Source: a virus
Taxonomy: Duplodnaviria; Caudoviricetes
Direction: 5' to 3' (one strand)
Virus record (IMG/VR): IMGVR_UViG_3300037851_000671
Location: 1-64,000 of that record
DNA: 64,000 bases
The position numbers were made by a program, and so were the translations under genes. Of the stretch, positions 29,428 through 36,523 are shown in pieces. The notes below the pieces were generated by a model. The model was not told the DNA's origin and did no database searches. It saw only the letters and a program-made list of their open reading frames with translations. Each line of letters begins with the position of its first letter. The first letter of the stretch is position 1.

Positions 29428-30678
29428 ATGACAACTGGAGAATTCAAACTAATCTCAGATTGTTTACTTTTGGAAAGAACACTGAAAGTCATTGCGGAGC
29501 TGGAGGCTGAAGAGAATGGCGGAGACATGGTCAAAAACGCATTTGACATGTCTTCGTTTTTCAGCGGTATATTGGGTACGATCAAAAACTCGGTAGCTGG
29601 ACAGGCAGAGGGCCAGTCCCCATTGCACGTTGCTGTCAGGTTCTTGGCACCAGCGATGTTTTTCAGATTGAACCCAGTGCTTGGTATCCTTGTTACCATA
29701 GCACAATCACTTGGTTTTGATCTGGTTAGCATATTCGAGAAGATTGCAAATCCAATCATAGACATGCTAAAAAGCAACAAACCTATAAAACCAGAGGATG
29801 TAGATCAGTTAGGCAGGGCGGCAGCAGCCAGTCTTGGTGCAACAGCTTCAGAAGATCTGCTTGGACCACTTCGCAAACTGGATAAATACGGACTGAAAGT
29901 TGCCATAGCTGAGGGGGCCTTTTCTTCTGCTTGGGGTAAGGGTTTTTTGGGCACAAGCGGAGGTGTTCCATGGATGGGTCAAGGTCTATCTCCGTTACAA
30001 AGAATGTTTACATTCATGGCTCCTTCCGCTGGTAAAAACATACTAGTTGGATTCATCGTATCAGCTATCAAGACGGTTTTGATGTCTTGTGGTCTTTTGG
30101 CTGGTGTTGGTTTGGCGGCCGGTGCTGTTGGTTTGTTGATGCACGGAAACAAACCAGTTGCTGGGACAGTGACCCCGGCCCCCGGACACGCCCATGTTCC
30201 GGCTGGTGCTCCAAAACCAGGACAACCAGGGGCTCCAACCGTTCAACCATCTAGTTCTGCTGCCCATGCATTCAAATCCAAACCAGAAGAGTTTAGCCCA
30301 CATGCACGAAGCTTAGGATATGGCGAGGGCGATGAATACTACGATGACAGAACCATTGATACAAATGGTATGACACCAGAGCAGATACTACAGACCTGGA
30401 TTTTCAGCCAGTACCCACAACTAGGTCTTACGATAACCCAAGATCAGTTACCGGGAGTATTGAGGACGACACCGGAGTATACAACAGTAGTGAACAAGCT
30501 GCGCCAATATTGGACACCTGGCAGCGCATATCTTCGGATACCAGAAGAGCTTGGCGATTCTTCCAATGAGATTTTGGGACGTTTTATGCCGCAGGTTTTG
30601 AGAACCCTTCAAGCGAAGCCAGTTCAACCTAGCCAACAGCTATACGATTTTGAGCGACAATATCAGGAGAGCCCATGA
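29428..30678 (+). CDS. Putative ejection protein with hydrophobic segments
   Basis: MVKNAF and LKVAI sites; hydrophobic run LLAGVGLAAGAVGLLM. Confidence 0.6.
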   Translation: MTTGEFKLISDCLLLERTLKVIAELEAEENGGDMVKNAFDMSSFFSGILGTIKNSVAGQAEGQSPLHVAVRFLAPAMFFRLNPVLGILVTIAQSLGFDLVSIFEKIANPIIDMLKSNKPIKPEDVDQLGRAAAASLGATASEDLLGPLRKLDKYGLKVAIAEGAFSSAWGKGFLGTSGGVPWMGQGLSPLQRMFTFMAPSAGKNILVGFIVSAIKTVLMSCGLLAGVGLAAGAVGLLMHGNKPVAGTVTPAPGHAHVPAGAPKPGQPGAPTVQPSSSAAHAFKSKPEEFSPHARSLGYGEGDEYYDDRTIDTNGMTPEQILQTWIFSQYPQLGLTITQDQLPGVLRTTPEYTTVVNKLRQYWTPGSAYLRIPEELGDSSNEILGRFMPQVLRTLQAKPVQPSQQLYDFERQYQESP

Positions 30679-32033
30679 GTTCATTTAGAAACACATCAGA
30701 CATTTTTGAAGAGTATGCAAGAATTGCTATTGCTCATGGTCTTGTCTCTGAAGCCGAGGATGACAAGAACGATGCCAAGACAGAGAAGAATGATTCTCTG
30801 TCTGATGATGCGATAGCTATGTTGTATGGAGTTGAGCCAAAGAACTTTTATGGCAAGGACTCCATTCTTGAAGCCGCTCATCCAGATACATATGTGGTTG
30901 GACGTGCGTATGACCCAATGAATGCTGTTGTGGAAAATCTGCAAGAGCGTCAGAACATCATGAGTCAGATTGCTCTTAGAACACCTGATGGAACGGCCAC
31001 ACAAAAACGCTATGTTCAGGCCAGGTCTGATTTGATTAATTCTTTGGTAAGAGCTGGGTTTTTGATGGACAATAGGAATGAGTCATCTCTGATGAAGATG
31101 GCAGATTCCTGTGCGCTGCGTTTGAGTCAAGAAAAAAAAATGGTTAAAAACGCCAATCCATGGCTGATAGCTGCCGGAATAGCCACCGTTGTATCTGGTT
31201 TGATTGGGGCTTCTCTTTGGTTTACAAAAGGGTCCACCACAGTTCAGAATGTTTACGCCAATGCCGAGATGGTGAAGAAACAAGCGCAAACCGTTCAAGA
31301 GTCTTATTCCAAGGACATCTCTGACAGAATGGATGAGATTATGAAGCTTGCGGCAAATGCTTACAAGCAAGCCGAAGAAGCTAAGTCTATGGTTTCAAAG
31401 TACAAAATAGGAAAGAGCATATCAAAGAGCACTGTGCAAAACCTTAGTTCTGATATGATTTCAGATCCTGTTCAGAAGAAAGTGGCAGAGAGCATACTCA
31501 CATCCTTGAAAGAGTATAACGCAAAACTAGAAGAGCTTGGCGGACCAAATGGCAAGATTATGGTTTGGGCAAAGACGATATTTTCGCTTGTTCCAAAGGC
31601 TGATATGTCAACCCAGGTAAGCAGTGATGAGTATGCAAAACTGAAAACGATTTGGGATCAGTTTACATCAAGCCCACAAGGAATATTGGTAAACCGTCTG
31701 ATTGGAACTCAAAAGTTCTCAGAGATGGCTAATGATGCAATGAAGTACATCAGCGGAAATTTTGAGGGTCCAAAGACGCCAGAAAACGTTGAAGGCGGTT
31801 TGTTGGGTGCGGTAGAAAAAGAAAAGGTTTCTACCAAGTCTACAATTGGTACGTTGGAATCACTTCTTCCCGCTATACAGAATGTTGTTAGTAAAACAGT
31901 AGCGCAAAACATGATTAGCGCCCCGGCGTCCCCAGCAGCGCCAGCAAAACCAGGAAAATACATTCTCAGAGGAGACCCTGAGCCAGCCTCTCCAATAGGA
32001 AAGCCAACCGGACCTGGGGCACCAATTAGCTAA
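30675..32033 (+). CDS. Putative ejection protein with one TM-like helix
   Basis: SDIFEEYAR; MVKNA followed by NPWLIAAGIATVVSGLIGASLWF. Confidence 0.65.
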   Translation: MSSFRNTSDIFEEYARIAIAHGLVSEAEDDKNDAKTEKNDSLSDDAIAMLYGVEPKNFYGKDSILEAAHPDTYVVGRAYDPMNAVVENLQERQNIMSQIALRTPDGTATQKRYVQARSDLINSLVRAGFLMDNRNESSLMKMADSCALRLSQEKKMVKNANPWLIAAGIATVVSGLIGASLWFTKGSTTVQNVYANAEMVKKQAQTVQESYSKDISDRMDEIMKLAANAYKQAEEAKSMVSKYKIGKSISKSTVQNLSSDMISDPVQKKVAESILTSLKEYNAKLEELGGPNGKIMVWAKTIFSLVPKADMSTQVSSDEYAKLKTIWDQFTSSPQGILVNRLIGTQKFSEMANDAMKYISGNFEGPKTPENVEGGLLGAVEKEKVSTKSTIGTLESLLPAIQNVVSKTVAQNMISAPASPAAPAKPGKYILRGDPEPASPIGKPTGPGAPIS

Positions 32034-32041
32034 GGTTTTCA

Positions 32042-33019
32042 ATGCCAGATCCAACCCCAGCAACACCATATCCAACAGTAATACCTACCGTTCCGGCGAC
32101 ACCAGCCCCAGCAACGGGTGGTGTTATTGTGCCTTCGCCTGGAGCTTCAACCATTCCGGTTGAGGATCCTGTTGTCAAAGAGTGGCAAAACTATCTGAAA
32201 ACCGCACCGCTTGGTATTTCATATGCTGGTCCGGTTGATGGAAAATACAACCCAGAACTATTGACGGCGGCCAAAGCCCTTGAAGCAAAACTCAAAGAAC
32301 AGGGCAAGCAAACTTCAATTGTTTCTTCTGATAAAATCACAGCGTCATCAGCCCAAGTAAAAACCGAAGTTGATCAACTGGCAGCCGCTCAGAAATCAGC
32401 ACCTCCAAACATCAAGGTTTGGAAGGAATACGCCAAAAACCATGGTTATACTGGTAATGTAGATTCTCCAGATATTGATGCAAATTTCAAACAGACAATG
32501 CTGAATCTTGAAGGCAAGCTGTCTCATGACGTACCTTCTATTACTGGTATGTTGTGGCAGGGCAATGCACCTAATCCAAACCTTACACCGGCCCAATATG
32601 AAGAGGCTTTGAAACTTTTACAGACTGCTAAAGCAAAAGCCAAAAAAGCTTCGGTATATGAGTTTGTTGAGAAGCCAAATAGGTTTGTGGCGTTTACCAA
32701 GATGGCGCAACCAACTTTAGATGAGCTTGGTCCGCCGGTTGAGCCAAGCGATTTGGGATCAGCTGGTAAGAGAATACTAACACAAGACGATTCACAACAG
32801 TACAACGGAGACCCTGATACAGATCAAAATAGACCTGTGCATTCAGAAATTCCAGGCGCTGAGAAAAAACCAGAAGACGAGAATGAGGCAGAAAAAACGC
32901 CGTCTGATGGTGGTAGAGCGAATCAGAGAATGAAAGAGTTAACAAATTTGATGGAGCAAGCAAAAAAAAGTTGTATGATTCTATCACTATGGGGGCATAC
33001 AATTTGTAACAGCTCATAA
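32042..33019 (+). CDS. Protein with two PG-binding-like repeats
   Basis: VKEWQNYL..YAGPVDGKY and IKVWKEY..GYTGNVDS; KKAS and KMAQ sites; the C-terminal 15 aa follow an A8 run and may be frame-uncertain. Confidence 0.55.
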   Translation: MPDPTPATPYPTVIPTVPATPAPATGGVIVPSPGASTIPVEDPVVKEWQNYLKTAPLGISYAGPVDGKYNPELLTAAKALEAKLKEQGKQTSIVSSDKITASSAQVKTEVDQLAAAQKSAPPNIKVWKEYAKNHGYTGNVDSPDIDANFKQTMLNLEGKLSHDVPSITGMLWQGNAPNPNLTPAQYEEALKLLQTAKAKAKKASVYEFVEKPNRFVAFTKMAQPTLDELGPPVEPSDLGSAGKRILTQDDSQQYNGDPDTDQNRPVHSEIPGAEKKPEDENEAEKTPSDGGRANQRMKELTNLMEQAKKSCMILSLWGHTICNSS

Positions 33020-33106
33020 TAAAGAGTTGTGTTTTGTAAGACCGCAAGATGTAAGTTGTTTGCGACCAACACTTAAGGGTGTTGAAACACACTAAAAAGG
33101 ATAATC

Positions 33107-33793
33107 ATGGCACTAGAACTTGTACAATCAGGCTTTCAGCCACTTGGTCAGTTTGATGGAGCGGACGATGTTTACTTGACCGTCAAGGGTGGCGAGGTAG
33201 CTACTATAATTGGCGTATCAAGGACAGGCACTGACCTTCGCACAGCTGACGTGGCAAACGACGGATACGTTGGAACGACCCGTCCAGCAGCTACCACAAA
33301 TCTTACTTCCGGCAACCGTCCATTGTTCCTCGTGGACGATGGCATTGTTGGATACGGCACTCTGTTTGGTTCCGTCATTGGCGGAGTTGCCGGACAGATT
33401 ACGACAGGCGCTCCACTCGGACCACACACAGCCGCTGCCTCTGGCAAGCTGACACTGTGGGACAAGCCAGGCACCTATGCGATTACGCTTGATGCAGTCG
33501 ATACTACATCCGCAACCGGCTTGGTCCCAACCAACGCCACATTGCAGATTGGCGACGCTCTCTATGCAACAGCCACTGGTTTGGTAACTCCAAACAACGC
33601 TGTATCTTTCGAGAGCCCAGGCGCTTCGGCACCAAAGATTGGCCGTTTCCTCAACTTCGAGACCAACAAGGGTGGCGCACTCGTCACAACCCCAGTCAGC
33701 CTCGTAAGCGCTGCAAACAGCCCAGTAGGCCAGGGACAGCCACAGCTCTCCAGATTTGCCCGTGCGTTGATCTTCTTCAACCCACCTGTCTAA
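33107..33793 (+). CDS. Major head decoration protein (paralog 3, directly upstream of MCP)
   Basis: ASGKLTLW and LYATATGLVT; canonical position before MCP; strong high-expression codon bias like MCP. Confidence 0.7.
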   Translation: MALELVQSGFQPLGQFDGADDVYLTVKGGEVATIIGVSRTGTDLRTADVANDGYVGTTRPAATTNLTSGNRPLFLVDDGIVGYGTLFGSVIGGVAGQITTGAPLGPHTAAASGKLTLWDKPGTYAITLDAVDTTSATGLVPTNATLQIGDALYATATGLVTPNNAVSFESPGASAPKIGRFLNFETNKGGALVTTPVSLVSAANSPVGQGQPQLSRFARALIFFNPPV

Positions 33794-33812
33794 GTTAGAG
33801 AGTTTTTTTCCG

Positions 33813-33876
33813 AAGGATCGGAGGGGTTTAGCGGCCCCTCCTGATCGCCAGGGTTGTTGACAGAGTTGGCAACCTA
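33813..33876 (+). promoter_or_regulatory. Two intergenic hairpins in the MCP leader
   Basis: gatcggagggg..cccctcctgatc, and ggttgttgac/gttggcaacc with G-U pairs, upstream of RBS CAGGAG. Confidence 0.55.
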
Positions 33877-33899
33877 TAACCAAAAACAGGAGTCTACAC

Positions 33900-34127
33900 A
33901 TGTCTTTTTTTAATACACAGGGCACCGTAAATGCCACCAGTTTGAAGGATGCATTGAACACAATCGTTCGTTATGCATCGATCCTCGAAGAGGGACAGCC
34001 CTCCAACATGCAGCTTGCCGGACAGCCAAGCCTAAACAACGAGAAGCGTGATGAGCTGATTTCTCGTGCGATTCTGACACAGGAAGGAAAGATTGCCCTT
34101 GCCCAGGCCATGGCGAACCCAATCCGT
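33900..34127 (+). CDS. Major capsid protein, exon 1 (76 aa)
   Basis: Ends ...EGKIALAQAMANPIR; joins in frame to RNLDYQGIARR at 35295, giving a 336-aa HK97-type MCP. Confidence 0.9.
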
Positions 34128-35294
34128 TAAGTAACCGGCGGATGTAAAATTTAGCTATATGCTGGAACCTCCGAAAGCCTAATCACCGCAGCACTCAACA
34201 GGCCGACCACAGTAGGCGGCTTAAAACAAGCTAAGGTAACAGAATTAGGATGAAACGGACAATCAGCAGGAAAGGCAGACAAAATGGAAATGTATATAAA
34301 ACAATATGAAGCTGGCCTTACAATAAAACAAATTGCAGAACTTAACGAAGTTTCTTTTGAAGCAGTTAGAAAAGCAATAAAAGGCAAAGTGAAATGGCGT
34401 AGAAATTACATTTCAGATTTTACCGAAGAGCAGAAACAAAAAGCTATAAAAATGTTTGATGATGGGCAAACGGTCAAAGAGATAGCAAAGTGGTTTGAGA
34501 TATCACCACCAGCAATATCAAGACTCCTGATAGCAAACAATAGACAGCCTGATTCTTCTGCTAGAAGATATGAGATACTAAGAGCAACACCTCTAAATCT
34601 AATTCAAAAACAATTTATCGTTGGACATTTATTAGGCGATGGTTGTTTATATAGGGATGGAGAAAACTCACTGTTCAAAATATCACTCTCTCATAAAAAA
34701 GAACATGAACAATACTTCCACTGGAAAAGAACGATGTTAGATCCGTTCGTAAACACTTGGAGGGAAAATACAGATAAGAGAGGTAATTCGGTAATGTTAA
34801 ATGCAACAACGATATGTCATCCAGAATTAAAGCAATTTGCTGACATGTTCTATACACAAGATAGAATAAAGGTTGTGCCAAAAAATCTTGATTTATTTTT
34901 GACACCACTTAGTTTAGCAGTTTGGATAATGGATGATGGCAATCTGAATAGCGGAGTAAATATGAGAATAGCCACAATGGGTTTCTCAAGTGAAGACCAT
35001 ATAAGATTGCAGGACTATCTAAGAAGTGTGTTTGATATAAGAAGTAAAATAATGGGTTTTAGTTATAAAGGTAAACAATACCAGCAAATAACAATAAACA
35101 AAGAAAACACTCAAAAGTTATCAAACATAGTTAGGCCGTATATAATTGATTGCATGAAATACAAGATAATGTCTGATTCCTCAACGACTGAATGCTAAAC
35201 ACTAACAAATAGTGATGTTACAGTCTGAACCATATAGAGATATATGGAGCCAAGCAGAAATGACTTGGCCGGCTTCCCTAGCCGTAACACTTTG
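34128..35294 (+). mobile_element. Group I intron (1167 nt) in the MCP gene
   Basis: P1 auccgu/gcggau (34138-34143) with U-G at the 5' splice site; P3 tttagc 34150-34155 / gctaaa 35194-35199; P4 tgctg/cagca; P6 aggaa/ttcct; P7 gactg 35186-35190 / cagtc 35221-35225; P8, P9, P9.1 and P9.2 hairpins; terminal G35294. Confidence 0.95.
34284..35198 (+). CDS. Intron-encoded homing endonuclease: two HTH plus double-motif LAGLIDADG
   Basis: GLTIKQIAELNEVS and GQTVKEIAKWFEIS HTHs; IVGHLLGDG and LAVWIMDDG; located in the P6 loop with its 3' end overlapping P7/P3'. Confidence 0.92.
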   Translation: MEMYIKQYEAGLTIKQIAELNEVSFEAVRKAIKGKVKWRRNYISDFTEEQKQKAIKMFDDGQTVKEIAKWFEISPPAISRLLIANNRQPDSSARRYEILRATPLNLIQKQFIVGHLLGDGCLYRDGENSLFKISLSHKKEHEQYFHWKRTMLDPFVNTWRENTDKRGNSVMLNATTICHPELKQFADMFYTQDRIKVVPKNLDLFLTPLSLAVWIMDDGNLNSGVNMRIATMGFSSEDHIRLQDYLRSVFDIRSKIMGFSYKGKQYQQITINKENTQKLSNIVRPYIIDCMKYKIMSDSSTTEC

Positions 35295-36077
35295 CGCAAC
35301 TTGGACTACCAGGGTATTGCGCGTCGTCTCTTGGTTGTTGACCCGCTCCCACAGGGCGTCAACCCAACCTACGAGCGTGATATTGACGTAGCTGCAACCG
35401 TTGTTTCCAGCAATGGAACCGGTGGTGAGAGCCGCGTATTCGGTGACCGTATCACCGTTCCAACGTTCGAGCTTTACTCCAACCCAACGGTTAGAATCTC
35501 TGAGGTTCGTCGTCGTCGTTTCAACGTCATTGACCGTGCAGTGCAGAAGGCCCGTCAGGAGCTGATGGCTCAGGAAGATGCAAACATCTTCGCAGCCATT
35601 GACGCTGCTGCTCAGGTTGAGAACGTTGTACAGGACATCGCTGACGGTGGTCTCCTCAAGCGTGACCTTGTTGAGATCAAGGCGCAGATTGATCGCTGGG
35701 ACTTGGTAACGACCAAGTTCTTCATGAACATCAATGAGTTTACAGACATCCTCAACTGGGCATCCGGCGGCGGCCAGGGTCCAGGTGGTGGTGAAGTTGA
35801 CCCAGTTACACAGCGTGAGATTCTCCAGACCGGCCTCTACGCCCACATCTGGGGCGCGGACATCATGGTCTCCAAGATTGTTCCATCGGGAACTGTCTAC
35901 GGCGCAGCTGACCCAGAGTTCGTAGGTGTAATGCCAATCCGTCAGGACATCGAAGTTATCCCAGCTGACGAGCCAAAGCAACTTAAACTCGGGTGGGTGG
36001 TATCAGAAGAAATCGGAATCGGCATTGTCAACCCAAGAGGCACAGCCGTTTCCAGAAAGTCAACGCTGGTCGGATAA
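35295..36077 (+). CDS. Major capsid protein, exon 2 (260 aa)
   Basis: RNLDYQGIARRLLVVDPLPQG...EEIGIGIVNPRG; strongest high-expression codon bias; followed by a terminator. Confidence 0.9.
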   Translation, partial: RNLDYQGIARRLLVVDPLPQGVNPTYERDIDVAATVVSSNGTGGESRVFGDRITVPTFELYSNPTVRISEVRRRRFNVIDRAVQKARQELMAQEDANIFAAIDAAAQVENVVQDIADGGLLKRDLVEIKAQIDRWDLVTTKFFMNINEFTDILNWASGGGQGPGGGEVDPVTQREILQTGLYAHIWGADIMVSKIVPSGTVYGAADPEFVGVMPIRQDIEVIPADEPKQLKLGWVVSEEIGIGIVNPRGTAVSRKSTLVG

Positions 36078-36102
36078 TTGAACCAGTAACGGTTACATAA
36101 CG

Positions 36103-36132
36103 GAAGGCGGGATTATTCCCGCCTTCTTTTTT
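36103..36132 (+). terminator. Intrinsic terminator after MCP
   Basis: gaaggcggga-ttat-tcccgccttc followed by tttttt. Confidence 0.9.
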
Positions 36133-36185
36133 CTTTGCGTGACCCTAAATAATTCTAATCGTTTTTAACTGATATATGGATCGGC

Positions 36186-36452
36186 ATGAAAGAGCCAAGG
36201 ATAGTTTGTGTGCTAGCGCAATCAGAACCAGAGTACGTTGGTAAAATGCCGCTTCGTTCTGATATAGTTGTTCTACCAGCTGATGATCCTAAATTACTGA
36301 AAAAAATTGGTTTTAGTGTTGAAGAGAAAATTGGTATTGGTGTTGTCAATCCAAGAGGCGTGGCTATAGCAAGCAAGATAACTGTTGTTGATGGAATATT
36401 GAACGAACACCCTCCGGCTTTGGTAATTCGTAAAGTTACTATTGTTGAATGA
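36186..36452 (+). CDS. Stand-alone copy of the MCP C-terminal ~55 aa
   Basis: SEPEYVGKMPLRSDIVVLPADDPK..KIGFSVEEKIGIGVVNPRG versus MCP ADPEFVGVMPIRQDIEVIPADEPK.LKLGWVVSEEIGIGIVNPRG; no clear RBS. Confidence 0.7.
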   Translation: MKEPRIVCVLAQSEPEYVGKMPLRSDIVVLPADDPKLLKKIGFSVEEKIGIGVVNPRGVAIASKITVVDGILNEHPPALVIRKVTIVE

Positions 36453-36523
36453 TTGTCATGTTGCGTTGGTCGCGCACTGTATATTTAGGTATATTGGTGC
36501 GATTATACCAATGGTGATTGATA

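Noticed and set aside
32962-33019. Possible frameshift at the A8 run near the end of gene 32042
   Set aside because: The tail SCMILSLWGHTICNSS looks atypical, but both alternative frames stop within 2-13 codons, so no new domain is gained; unresolved without reads.
33218-33961. 247-aa minus-strand ORF across the decoration gene and MCP start
   Set aside because: Antisense to highly biased structural genes; Trp/Cys-rich non-protein-like composition. The other short minus-strand ORFs are rejected for the same reason.
35244-36077. ORF-track 277-aa protein as an independent capsid gene
   Set aside because: Its ATG lies inside intron hairpin P9; splicing to exon 1 gives a continuous ANPIR-RNLDY capsid sequence.
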